From contig JACNLC010000040.1 in the NCBI GenBank assembly GCA_014381725.1, forward strand, positions 21,260 to 85,259: a stretch of DNA of 64,000 bases. Direction: 5' to 3'. Below are positions 37,297 to 46,704 of the stretch, in pieces (positions within the stretch are counted from its first letter, which is position 1; the number at the start of each line of letters is the position of its first letter). Both the position numbers and the translations under genes were made by a program. This stretch comes from Fidelibacterota bacterium (GTDB lineage: Bacteria > Fidelibacterota > Marinisomatia > SCGC-AAA003-L08 > JACNLC01). The notes under the pieces are model-generated. The model did not search any database. It saw nothing but the letters and a program-made list of their open reading frames with translations, and was not told the DNA's origin.

Positions 37297-39780
37297 ATGC
37301 GTAAAATACCAACCAGTTTTAATATAAAAAAGAACAAAGTAAATACTATGGCAACGGAAAATAAAATACCCAAGCTTAAATGGGGTATGATTGACAAAGC
37401 TGGGAATATCCAGCAAAATGACTGCACATACTTCAACGGTCGTGTGGTCGGACAGATAACAGATAATAATTATGATGAAGTAGTTAACGAACTTACTTCT
37501 CATTTTGAAACACTTCAGAACAAGTATTTGGATTTGGAAAAGTCGATCCAGTCAGCGAATGCTAAAATAGATTATCTGATTCAAATTGACGGATTGATTG
37601 AATATCTTCCCCAAGTTGATGCTTTGGGAGATTTTGAAACTTTGATGTCTAATCTTGAAGAACTCAAGTCAGAAATTATTGGAGATCCAAAAGACAACCT
37701 GCAACAAAAAGAAGAAATTTGTGCAGAAGTTGATAAGTTGAATTCTTCTGATAACTGGATAAATAATATAGGGAAAATCCGCGAATTTCAGAAAAAATGG
37801 GAATCGATTGGGCCAGTTCCAAAAACTAAAAATAAATCTATAGAACAGAGATTTCAGTTATCTATTCGGGAGTTTTATTCACATTATCGAAAACAACTCG
37901 GTGATAAAGAACAAAATCATATTCAAGAGAAAGAAGAAATTTGTAAAAAAGCTGAAAAATTGAGCACATCTCGTTCGTGGAATACTACATCAGAAGAACT
38001 TCAACAATTGCAAAAAGATTGGCATAAAATCGGAAAAGTATCCCACGAAATGGAAGAAGAAATGTGGGGTATATTTCAGGGATTTGTAGATAAATTCTAT
38101 ACTCGTCGCCATACTTATTATGACAAAATTGAACAACGCCAACGCGAAAATTTGATGCTAAAGGAGAAATTTTGTAGTCTCGCAGAAGAAATTCTCTCTT
38201 CGATAGATTGGAATCATGCAGAATTTTCATTTCATAAACTTGAAGAAGATTGGAAAATAGTTGGACCTGTTCCTAAAGAAAATACTAAGGATCTTCGTGA
38301 TAGATTCCAGAAATCAGTCAAAGCATTTAACAAACTTCGTGAAGAACATCAAGAGGAAATTGCTCAACTACAAAAAGACAACTTTGAGAAAAAAGAACAA
38401 CTTTGTAAACAAGCTGAAGAATTTAGCAATTCAAACGATTGGAAAACAGCATCTCAAAATATTGATGAACTTTTCAAAGAATGGAAATCTATTGGATTTG
38501 TTCCAAAAGACAAAGAAGATAAAATTTGGAAACGGTTCCGTGGTGCCCTAAACATATTCTACAAACGACGAAAAGATAATTTCAAGGAAATCAAAAAACA
38601 ACAACATTTAAATTTAGAAAAAAAAGAAATACTGTGTGCCAAGGCAGAAGAATTAAGCACATCTGAAGATTACCAAAAAACAACGAATGAAATAATCAAG
38701 CTCCAAAAAGAGTGGAAGACTATTGGATTCGTTCCAAAAGAGAATTCAGACGAAATATGGAAACGATTTCAGACTGCTACACAAAGTTTTTTCGATAGAA
38801 GAAACAAACATCTAGAAATTGAATTTGTTGAAAACTTGAAAAAGAAAACTCTAATTTGTGAATCTGCTGAAAAATTATCTAAATCTACTGATTGGAAAGA
38901 AACTGCAGGCCTAGTTAAAGAATTGCAAAAGGAATGGAAACAACTCGGACCTGTTCCAAAAGAAAATGAAGATGCAATTTGGAAACGATTTCAGGATGCT
39001 ACCCATGTATTCTTTGAGAATCGGAATAAATTTTATCAAGAACAGGATAAAGATTGGCAAAAACATACCGGAGATTTAGAAAATATCTGCAAAATTGCTG
39101 AGAATATTGCTTCGTCTGAGGACTGGAAAAAAACAAGTAAGAAGTTTGAAGATTTAGAAAAAGAATGGACTGTTGTAGGTTTTGTTCCAGATGAAGTAAA
39201 AGAAACAATTAGAAACAGATTTGATAGAGCAAAAGAACGATTTACCAAACGGTGGAACTTTTTCAAAAAGGAACAAAAAGAAGGATTCTACAAGAATCTA
39301 GAGAAGAAAATAAAATTATGCGAAGAAATTGAAAATCTCGATTTTACTAAAGATGCTCTAAAACAATCCATCAACCGAACAAAAGAAATCCAAGAAGAAT
39401 GGAAAACTATTGGCCATGTTCCTTGGAAACAAAAGGATGAAATTTGGAAACGATTTCGTAGTGCTTGTGATAGAATATTTCGTGTGTCTCGTGCTGAAAG
39501 GGAAACACAATTCCTCGATTGGCAAAAACGACTTCACGATGTATTAAAACAAAAAAAAGAACAACACGGATATCTGAAAAGGTCAATCGAATACGATGAG
39601 AGGAATCAATCGAGTTTTGAGAAATCAGTCAAAAATGTGGATGCTGATTGGAAAGCTGATTTGCTCAAGTTAACACAACAAGACAGAAATTCGGAAATCG
39701 ATTCAAAATTAGACTCAAAGAAAAAACGACTAGCCAAACTAGAACACGATATAAAAGATATTGAAAAGAAATTGAAGTGA
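37297..39780 (+). CDS. DUF349 repeat protein
   Basis: 827-aa ORF (alternative ATG at 37348). Eight copies of the about 75-aa unit ...W(K/E)xIGxVPKxxxxxIWxRF... between about 37690 and 39480. Confidence 0.8.
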   Translation: MRKIPTSFNIKKNKVNTMATENKIPKLKWGMIDKAGNIQQNDCTYFNGRVVGQITDNNYDEVVNELTSHFETLQNKYLDLEKSIQSANAKIDYLIQIDGLIEYLPQVDALGDFETLMSNLEELKSEIIGDPKDNLQQKEEICAEVDKLNSSDNWINNIGKIREFQKKWESIGPVPKTKNKSIEQRFQLSIREFYSHYRKQLGDKEQNHIQEKEEICKKAEKLSTSRSWNTTSEELQQLQKDWHKIGKVSHEMEEEMWGIFQGFVDKFYTRRHTYYDKIEQRQRENLMLKEKFCSLAEEILSSIDWNHAEFSFHKLEEDWKIVGPVPKENTKDLRDRFQKSVKAFNKLREEHQEEIAQLQKDNFEKKEQLCKQAEEFSNSNDWKTASQNIDELFKEWKSIGFVPKDKEDKIWKRFRGALNIFYKRRKDNFKEIKKQQHLNLEKKEILCAKAEELSTSEDYQKTTNEIIKLQKEWKTIGFVPKENSDEIWKRFQTATQSFFDRRNKHLEIEFVENLKKKTLICESAEKLSKSTDWKETAGLVKELQKEWKQLGPVPKENEDAIWKRFQDATHVFFENRNKFYQEQDKDWQKHTGDLENICKIAENIASSEDWKKTSKKFEDLEKEWTVVGFVPDEVKETIRNRFDRAKERFTKRWNFFKKEQKEGFYKNLEKKIKLCEEIENLDFTKDALKQSINRTKEIQEEWKTIGHVPWKQKDEIWKRFRSACDRIFRVSRAERETQFLDWQKRLHDVLKQKKEQHGYLKRSIEYDERNQSSFEKSVKNVDADWKADLLKLTQQDRNSEIDSKLDSKKKRLAKLEHDIKDIEKKLK

Positions 39781-39815
39781 AGTCGGTTCTAGGTTCACCG
39801 CTAATTACGCTAATT

Positions 39816-40256
39816 TCACGAATGTTGGATTTTAGTTGTCTCAAAACAATAGTCTTTTCCGCTAGTGATTTTCTGAATCAGATATTTCGCGATAAAAAAA
39901 CTAACACTTAATCCGACTAAACCAGATATAAACATTACAATTTCTTGTGAAATATTTAACTGAGGATTAATCCAAAATACTAAGAACATTCCTGTTAGAA
40001 AACCCAATAGCGGAATACCATATTGAATAAGTGAAAACTTTAAAAACAGATTTTCAGTTTCGGAAATTACCACTGTATCACCAACTTTTGCATCTATCGA
40101 ATTTAACGCAGTGACGCTATGGTTGTCATTCCCACCAGACTTGCAAATTATCTTTACCGAACAATGTTCACAGGAATCCTCTACCAACAATTCGACATTT
40201 GCAATTTCTCCGTTTATTTCACGAACAATCCCTGAATGTGAAGTTTCTGCTGTCAT
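39816..40256 (-). CDS. RseC/MucC-family membrane protein (SoxR-reducing-system-like), rnf-associated
   Basis: 146 aa. N-terminal OB-like GIVREINGEIANVEL...CEHC followed by two TM helices. Lies immediately downstream of rnfB. Confidence 0.75.
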   Translation of the reverse strand: MTAETSHSGIVREINGEIANVELLVEDSCEHCSVKIICKSGGNDNHSVTALNSIDAKVGDTVVISETENLFLKFSLIQYGIPLLGFLTGMFLVFWINPQLNISQEIVMFISGLVGLSVSFFIAKYLIQKITSGKDYCFETTKIQHS

Positions 40257-40259
40257 AAT

Positions 40260-41096
40260 TTAAATAGAAATTTGCTCTGTTGGTTGAGATTCGTGTTCAA
40301 TAATCACCAATCCTTTAGTTGAACATTTTTCCGTAGGTAATTCAGGATGTTTCCCAAACACATCATAATTTATTTTAGCAAGATGATTATCCATAAACAT
40401 TGCCCCTTCATCAACTGCACGGACGCAAATTTGGCAACCAATACACGCTTTGGTGCACACAGTGCGAGCAATTTTTGGAGCATCGTGATTTTTGCAAAGC
40501 ACAAATAATTTATTGGAAATTGGATGGATTTCTATAATTTCACGAGGACACGCTTCGGCACATTTGCCACAACCAGTGCATTTGTCTTTGATAACTTCCG
40601 GTAATCCATTTTCTGTCATAAATATTGCATCAAACGGACAGGCATCCACACATTCGCCAAATCCAAGACAGCCATAATTGCAGAGTTTTTCTCCACCACC
40701 CATCAACTTTGCAGCAGTGCAAGTTTGGATTCCGTGATAATCTGCTTTTTTTGCAGTTTCGTCATTTCCTCCTCTGCAAATGATTCGTGCAATTTTCTTT
40801 TCTCCCGCAACTGCTTCAATTCCCATTATTGTTGCAATTTCTGCAACTGCATCTTCCGTGCTAACTGGACAACCATCAATCCCGATTTTTGCATTGACCA
40901 CATTTTCTGCAAAACTATTACATCCAGGAAGACCGCACCCACCGCAATTTGCACCGGGAAGTTCATCCGCTATTTGTACAATTCGCGAGTCTTCTTCTAC
41001 ATAAAGTTTTTTGTTAGCAATTGACAGTCCGGCAGAAAACAGAATTCCCAATCCACCCATACTTACCATTGAAATTAAAATCGCATTAATATCCAT
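40260..41096 (-). CDS. rnfB: Rnf complex subunit B (Fe-S)
   Basis: 278 aa. N-terminal TM, GANCGGCGLPGC, several CxxCxxCxxxCP ferredoxin motifs. Confidence 0.9.
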   Translation of the reverse strand: MDINAILISMVSMGGLGILFSAGLSIANKKLYVEEDSRIVQIADELPGANCGGCGLPGCNSFAENVVNAKIGIDGCPVSTEDAVAEIATIMGIEAVAGEKKIARIICRGGNDETAKKADYHGIQTCTAAKLMGGGEKLCNYGCLGFGECVDACPFDAIFMTENGLPEVIKDKCTGCGKCAEACPREIIEIHPISNKLFVLCKNHDAPKIARTVCTKACIGCQICVRAVDEGAMFMDNHLAKINYDVFGKHPELPTEKCSTKGLVIIEHESQPTEQISI

Positions 41097-41115
41097 AAAT
41101 ATTTTCCTTAATTAC

Positions 41116-41184
41116 TGCTGAGAACTGAAAGAACACCGAGAGTCAAGAAAGTTGTTATAACTCTCTGAATTCCATTCTTCAGCA
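41116..41184 (-). other. extended imperfect hairpin in the rnfA-rnfB spacer
   Basis: The minus strand reads UGCUGAAGAA-uggaauuca-GAGAGU-uauaacaacuuucuug-ACUCUC-gguguucuuucag-UUCUCAGCA. Read by eye; function unknown. Confidence 0.4.
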
Positions 41185-41236
41185 ATTTACAATTAAAATT
41201 TATCAACAAACCTACTTTGCACCATCTGCGGTAAAT

Positions 41237-41809
41237 TTAAATCAGTCCTGCAAAACCCATAAATGCTAGTGCTAAACTACCTGCGACAATCATTGTAATT
41301 CCTGCACCTTTAAAATATTTTGGGACTTTCGCCAATTCCAATTCTTCACGGATTCCTGCCATAATTACCAACGCTAAAGTAAAACCAGCACCTGCTCCAA
41401 CCGCATAAATAATGCCATCAACAAACGAATATTCTTTTTGAACTGCAAAGAGTGCTAGTCCCATAATAGCACAATTTGTTGTGATTAACGGTAGAAATAT
41501 TCCGAGCGAATTGTATAGCGGTTTACTCATTTTTTTGATGAACATTTCCACCAATTGAACAAGCGAAGCAATAACTAAAATAAATGAGACCGTTTGCAGA
41601 ATACTCAATTCAAATGGAATCAAAATGAAATTATTAATTATAAAAGTTACAGCCGCAGTAATCGTCATCACAAAAGTTACTGCTATTCCCATACTGATTG
41701 CAGAATCCACTTTTTTGGAAACTCCGACAAACGGACAAATTCCCAAAAACTGAGATAAAACAAAATTGTTTACAATTGCAGCAGAAATAAATAATGTTAG
41801 TAAACTCAT
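41237..41809 (-). CDS. rnfA: Rnf complex subunit A
   Basis: 190 aa polytopic; NNFVLSQFLGICPFVGVS. Confidence 0.92.
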   Translation of the reverse strand: MSLLTLFISAAIVNNFVLSQFLGICPFVGVSKKVDSAISMGIAVTFVMTITAAVTFIINNFILIPFELSILQTVSFILVIASLVQLVEMFIKKMSKPLYNSLGIFLPLITTNCAIMGLALFAVQKEYSFVDGIIYAVGAGAGFTLALVIMAGIREELELAKVPKYFKGAGITMIVAGSLALAFMGFAGLI

Positions 41810-42420
41810 CAGTTCACTCTCCTTTCATTTATCCAATTTGAAAGTCCGATAAAAATTCCCAAGGTCAAAAATGCTCCAGGTGGTAAAATCATTACCAGCC
41901 AAGTATTGAATGATTCCGGCATAATAGAAATCGCAAAGATACTTCCTTCTCCAAGTAACTCGCGAATCATTCCCAACAAAGTCAAAACCCAAGTAAATCC
42001 AATTCCCATTCCGATACCGTCAAGGATTGAACGACCTACATTATTTTTTGATGCAAAAGCCTCTTGTCGCCCGAGAATTAAACAGTTCACCACGATAAGA
42101 GGAATGAATGCCCCGAGCGCTTTACTAATGTCTGGTGTATAAGCCGCCAAAAATTTATCAACTACAGTAACGAAAGTTGCAATGACCACAATGTAACTTG
42201 CAATTCGGACTTGTGCCGGAATGATTTTCCTAATAACGGAAATCAAAATGCTTGAACACAGCAAAACGAAAGTGGTTGCCAACCCCATAGCAACTCCGTT
42301 TACAGCAGAATTTGTTACTGCCAATGTCGGGCAAAGTCCCAATAATTGAATGAGCACAGGATTTTCGTTCCATAAACCTTTGACGACCTCGTAAGTCAGT
42401 GAGTTTGATTTCTTTGCCAT
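41809..42420 (-). CDS. rnfE: Rnf complex subunit E
   Basis: 203 aa polytopic; NPVLIQLLGLCPTLAVT. Confidence 0.92.
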   Translation of the reverse strand: MAKKSNSLTYEVVKGLWNENPVLIQLLGLCPTLAVTNSAVNGVAMGLATTFVLLCSSILISVIRKIIPAQVRIASYIVVIATFVTVVDKFLAAYTPDISKALGAFIPLIVVNCLILGRQEAFASKNNVGRSILDGIGMGIGFTWVLTLLGMIRELLGEGSIFAISIMPESFNTWLVMILPPGAFLTLGIFIGLSNWINERRVN

Positions 42421-43001
42421 TAAATACCTGCCATTTTCTGATTGTATAAATTTTGAACAATTTTAACTTGTTCAATGATTATGAACACCACTGCTTTAGA
42501 TGATATCGTTGCACCTGAAAGAGCTTGGATTCCTTTTTGGGGATTTTTCGGCTTACGATTTTTCACAACTGCAATATTTGGTTCAATGCCCATTAGAAGC
42601 CCAACAAATTGTTCTCTAAACTCATCATCTTCAATTTTATTCCCCAAACCTGGAGTTTCAGTCTGCTCTAAAATTTCGATTCCAGTAAGTGCAGAAAAAT
42701 CTGGAAGAATTCCAACCATTAGTGTCAAATCCGGAGAAAATCCATTTCCCTTTGCTTTGAACGCGAAGCCAACCGTTTCTTCTTTTAGTGTTTTTCCAAT
42801 ATATAAAGTGATTTCTTCCGATAGCTTCAATTCTTCATAATTGTCATATTTTGGAAGAACCGTAGAGATTGCTTTTTTAAGAACTTTTAGACGATTCTCC
42901 TTAATTTTTGGAGCAGTAATTCCATTCCAAAAAGATAAAATCCCCCCAGAAAGAGTCGCAATTACTGTCAAAACAATTATCATTTTTGCTGATGTTTTCA
43001 T
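42420..43001 (-). CDS. rnfG: Rnf complex subunit G (FMN-binding)
   Basis: 193 aa. N-terminal anchor; SGATISS flavinylation motif. Confidence 0.9.
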   Translation of the reverse strand: MKTSAKMIIVLTVIATLSGGILSFWNGITAPKIKENRLKVLKKAISTVLPKYDNYEELKLSEEITLYIGKTLKEETVGFAFKAKGNGFSPDLTLMVGILPDFSALTGIEILEQTETPGLGNKIEDDEFREQFVGLLMGIEPNIAVVKNRKPKNPQKGIQALSGATISSKAVVFIIIEQVKIVQNLYNQKMAGI

Positions 43002-44035
43002 TTTGAACCCTCCCCAAAGAATTTTGGTCTTGTGTATCGGTTTATCAGTGGAGTTACCGCATTCATCAAGAGAATGGAATACATAACTCCCTCTGGAAGT
43101 CCACCAAACAATCTAATAACCACCAACAAAATTCCAGCACCAATTCCAAAAATCCACGCACCTTTTGGAGTTATCGGAGATGTTACCATATCCGTTGCCA
43201 TAAAAAATGCACCAAGCATCAAACCTCCTGATAATAAATGAAAAGTTGGGTCCGGATATTTTGGATTTATCCACCACATTATCGCACCGAAAAGAAACAC
43301 CGTTCCAAGATAGCTGACGGGGATACGCCAATCTGCATATTTTTTGATGAGCAGAAATCCACCACCAATAATAATCGAAATTGCAGAAGTTTCACCTAAC
43401 GAACCACCGATATTCCCCCAGAACATATTAAACAAATCAGAAGTTTCTCCCTCAAATTTGAATAATCCAAGTGGAGTAGCCGCTGTAACTCCATCTACAA
43501 TTTTTGAAAGATAAACATCAGTTTTGGGGAATGTCCAAGTGGTTATTGCTACCGGAAAACACGCCTGTAGAAATGCACGACCCAACAATGCCGGATTGAA
43601 GATATTAAAACCAAGTCCACCGAAAATATGTTTCCCGATTACAATGGCAAAAACCGTTCCGATGATTGCGGAAGTGAGAGTAAAACTTGGAGGTAATGTC
43701 ATTGCTAATAAAAGTCCTGTGATAACTGCACTTCCGTCAGGGATAGTGAACTCTTCTCCTTTAAGTTTGTTCATTAAACATTCTGCTAATCCAGCGGAAA
43801 TGACACAGGTGCTCATCATCCACAATGCAGGAAGGCCAAAGTAATAAATGCTCAACACAACAGCCGGAAGCAATGCGATGATAACCGTCCACATTATTTT
43901 TGGAACGCTATCTGTAGTATTTAAATGAGGTGAGCTGGAAATTATCAGCGGTTGCCTATCCAATTTAAACAGTTTATCTTTTGGATTCTTCTTCGGCTTA
44001 ACCTTAACATCATTCTTAATCACTTTTTCTTCCAT
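42998..44035 (-). CDS. rnfD: Rnf complex subunit D
   Basis: 345 aa polytopic; SSSPH near the N-terminus, TAATPLG. Confidence 0.92.
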   Translation of the reverse strand: MEEKVIKNDVKVKPKKNPKDKLFKLDRQPLIISSSPHLNTTDSVPKIMWTVIIALLPAVVLSIYYFGLPALWMMSTCVISAGLAECLMNKLKGEEFTIPDGSAVITGLLLAMTLPPSFTLTSAIIGTVFAIVIGKHIFGGLGFNIFNPALLGRAFLQACFPVAITTWTFPKTDVYLSKIVDGVTAATPLGLFKFEGETSDLFNMFWGNIGGSLGETSAISIIIGGGFLLIKKYADWRIPVSYLGTVFLFGAIMWWINPKYPDPTFHLLSGGLMLGAFFMATDMVTSPITPKGAWIFGIGAGILLVVIRLFGGLPEGVMYSILLMNAVTPLINRYTRPKFFGEGSK

Positions 44036-45357
44036 TAATTCTTGCTCCTTACCATTTCACCAACTTTCAGTTTTCCAATACGAATCCATTGCACTAACGG
44101 GATATTTGACGGGCACACAAACGCACAAGAACCACATTCAACACAGTTAAGTATGCCGGTTTTATTTGCTTCTTCTAAAAGTTTATGCTCAGAATATCTC
44201 GCTAATTTTGTTGGCAATAAAAACATCGGACACGCAGATACACAGGTTCCGCATTGGATACAAGGATATGAAGTCCCGTTTGTGGATTTGTCAGTTCTGC
44301 ATACGATACCACTCGTGGCTTTTACAACTGGCACCGATAAATCCCATTGAGATATTCCCATCATCGGACCACCCATATAAACAGTAGTAGTTTCTTCTTT
44401 TAGTCCACCACACTCATCAATTAATTTTTGAAATGAAGTTCCAATTCTGGTCATCAAATTTTTGGGTTCGGTAACACCATCACCGGAAACTGTAACAATC
44501 CTCTCAACTAGCGGTTTACCATCAATTACAGCGTTGGCAACGGCAATTGCAGTACCAACATTATTGACAACTACTCCAACATCCATTGGAAGTCCGCCCG
44601 TTGGTACTTTTCGCTTTAGCACTGCTTCAATAAGCATTTTCTCTGCACCTTGCGGATATTTAACTTTTAACGGTATAACAGTAAAATTGTAGTCGGATTT
44701 CTGGATTTTCCGTGTTATTTGTGAAATGGCATCCGGCTTGTTGTTTTCTATACCGATATATCCTTTTTTAACACCAAGGACTTTCATAATAATCGCCATT
44801 CCATCTAGAACTTCATCCGTCATTTCTAACATTGCTCTATGGTCTGATGTCAAAAATGGTTCGCACTCGCAACCGTTTAGTATGAAACTATCGATTTTCT
44901 TTTCTTCCGGTGGTGCTAATTTGATGTGAGTTGGAAATGCCGCTCCACCCAAACCAACAATTCCAGCTTCATTTACAATGGATTTCAATTCATCAGTTGA
45001 TGCTAATTGCCAATTTTTTGGGACATCTAATAGTTGCCAGTCATCATCACCAGTTCGTTGAATTTTGATCATCTGTGTTTTGGTGCCAGCAGGATGCAAA
45101 TAGGAGTCTATAGTCTTAATTTTACCTGTAACAGTAGAATGCACAGGACTGGAAACAAAGCTCTCGCTTCTCCCTATAATTTGTCCGGTTTTGACTTCAT
45201 CGCCTTTTTCTACAATAGGATTACACGGTGCACCGATATGTTGTTGCAATGGAATACACACTTCATCAGGGATGGATAAAACTTCGGTTTGTTTATTACA
45301 GGTAAAATATTTGAATTCTTTGGGATGAATTCCCTTTTTGAATGATAATAATTTCAA
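44035..45357 (-). CDS. rnfC: Rnf complex subunit C
   Basis: 440 aa. GLGGAAFPTH NADH-site-like motif; two 4Fe-4S motifs CIQCGTCVSACP and CVECGSCAFVCP. Confidence 0.92.
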   Translation of the reverse strand: MKLLSFKKGIHPKEFKYFTCNKQTEVLSIPDEVCIPLQQHIGAPCNPIVEKGDEVKTGQIIGRSESFVSSPVHSTVTGKIKTIDSYLHPAGTKTQMIKIQRTGDDDWQLLDVPKNWQLASTDELKSIVNEAGIVGLGGAAFPTHIKLAPPEEKKIDSFILNGCECEPFLTSDHRAMLEMTDEVLDGMAIIMKVLGVKKGYIGIENNKPDAISQITRKIQKSDYNFTVIPLKVKYPQGAEKMLIEAVLKRKVPTGGLPMDVGVVVNNVGTAIAVANAVIDGKPLVERIVTVSGDGVTEPKNLMTRIGTSFQKLIDECGGLKEETTTVYMGGPMMGISQWDLSVPVVKATSGIVCRTDKSTNGTSYPCIQCGTCVSACPMFLLPTKLARYSEHKLLEEANKTGILNCVECGSCAFVCPSNIPLVQWIRIGKLKVGEMVRSKN

Positions 45358-45567
45358 TATGCCGTCTCCTCAAAGCTCAAATCAATTCATTTTATTTCTC
45401 TAAATAGTAAATCCTAATATATAACCAGACATCTAATTTGCGATATTCGGATAATAGCATCCAATTATTTTAGTTAAAATATTTTAACAATTTTCAACTT
45501 GAAACATATCGGACTACAGTTTCCTTTTCTTCTTTTCTACTTTCTACTCTTGTCAATAAATTGTGAT

Positions 45568-46704
45568 ATGAGTTTTGAAGGTAAAAGATGCTATTTTGAT
45601 ATTGCGGCTACAACTCCGTTAGACAATGATGTTGTTAATAAAATGTCTGATACTATGCAACGAATATTTGGGAATCCGTCCAGTATTCATTCGTTCGGGC
45701 AAGAATCCAAAATTGTGTTGGAGAAAGCACGCAAACAAATTGCTACTGCGATACATTGTAGAACAAGCGAGGTGTGTTTCACAAGTTGTGGCTCAGAATC
45801 CAATAATATGGTGCTTAAAGGGATTTTGAAAAAAGGTGATCATTTTATTACAGGGTCAATCGAGCATCCATCTATTTTGAAAACAGCCGATTTCCTTCAG
45901 AATAAAGGTGTGGAGATTACGCTGATACAACCTGATAAATTCGGCACTATATCAATATCAAAAATAGAAGAATCGATTAAAGATAATACAAAACTCATTT
46001 CCATAATGTCTGCTAATAATGAGTTGGGGACTATCAATCCCATAAAAGAAATTGGAGATTTGGCAAAACAAAATTCTATATTATTTCATACTGATGCAGT
46101 TCAATCATTTGGGAAGGTTCCGTTTAACGCTTCTGAACTTTTATGCGATTTTATAAGCATTGGGGCTCATAAAATTTATGGTCCGCGCGGTGCAGGTGCA
46201 TTGATTATCAAAGCAGGAAACAATCTATTCCCACTAATTCACGGTGGTGGGCAGGAGAGTAATCTCAGAGCGGGAACAGAAAATATAATAGACACTGCAG
46301 GATTTGGAAAAGCATCAGAAATTGCTGTAAATAATCTTGAGAAAAATATTCAAACTATTAAATATCTGTCAGCACATTTTCTAAAGGGATTAGATGAAAA
46401 CAAAATCGAATATAGGATTAACGGCACAAACCAACTTCCCGGAATTTTTAACATTACATTTTTCGGAGTTAATGCAAACGATCTGGTTATCAATCTCGAT
46501 ATGGAAGGCATCGCTATTTCTGCTGGCTCTGCGTGTTCTGCTGGTGTTGTAAAACCGTCTTCAACACTTACAGAAATAGGGATGACACCGGAATTGGCTT
46601 TGTCAACGGTTCGTATTTCATTTGGAAAGTTAAACACTACTGAGGAAATTGATTACTTTATTCCAAAACTTTCTGACATCATCCTAAGGTTGAAAAGTAG
46701 CTGA
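45568..46704 (+). CDS. cysteine desulfurase (class V aminotransferase, NifS/IscS/YrvO-like)
   Basis: The ORF track opens at a TTG at 45499. The ATG at 45568 (MSFEGKRCYFDIAATTPLD) matches the usual family N-terminus. PLP-Lys context SIGAHKIYGP; active-site SAGSACSAG. Confidence 0.88.
   Translation: MSFEGKRCYFDIAATTPLDNDVVNKMSDTMQRIFGNPSSIHSFGQESKIVLEKARKQIATAIHCRTSEVCFTSCGSESNNMVLKGILKKGDHFITGSIEHPSILKTADFLQNKGVEITLIQPDKFGTISISKIEESIKDNTKLISIMSANNELGTINPIKEIGDLAKQNSILFHTDAVQSFGKVPFNASELLCDFISIGAHKIYGPRGAGALIIKAGNNLFPLIHGGGQESNLRAGTENIIDTAGFGKASEIAVNNLEKNIQTIKYLSAHFLKGLDENKIEYRINGTNQLPGIFNITFFGVNANDLVINLDMEGIAISAGSACSAGVVKPSSTLTEIGMTPELALSTVRISFGKLNTTEEIDYFIPKLSDIILRLKSS

Noticed and set aside
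38261-38551. 96-aa alternative-frame ORF inside the DUF349 gene
   Set aside because: It is a K/N-rich low-complexity product created by the A-rich repeat sequence, and the DUF349 frame explains the region.
39781-39815. Direct repeat CGCTAATT-a-CGCTAATT in the 35-nt gap between the convergent DUF349 and rseC-like genes
   Set aside because: It is too short to distinguish from chance, and there is no hairpin or U-run. It only loosely resembles part of 3'-element copy B.
40492-45279. Numerous 60-120-aa plus-strand ORFs inside the rnf genes (e.g. 40725..41024, 42475..42840, 43524..43844, 44042..44350)
   Set aside because: They are antisense shadows of well-supported rnf coding frames and have low-complexity composition.
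45499-45567. TTG-initiated 23-residue hydrophobic extension (MKHIGLQFPFLLFYFLLLSINCD) of the cysteine desulfurase
   Set aside because: PLP-dependent desulfurases are cytosolic, and homologues begin close to the CYFD-AATTP motif. The ATG at 45568 is the better start.
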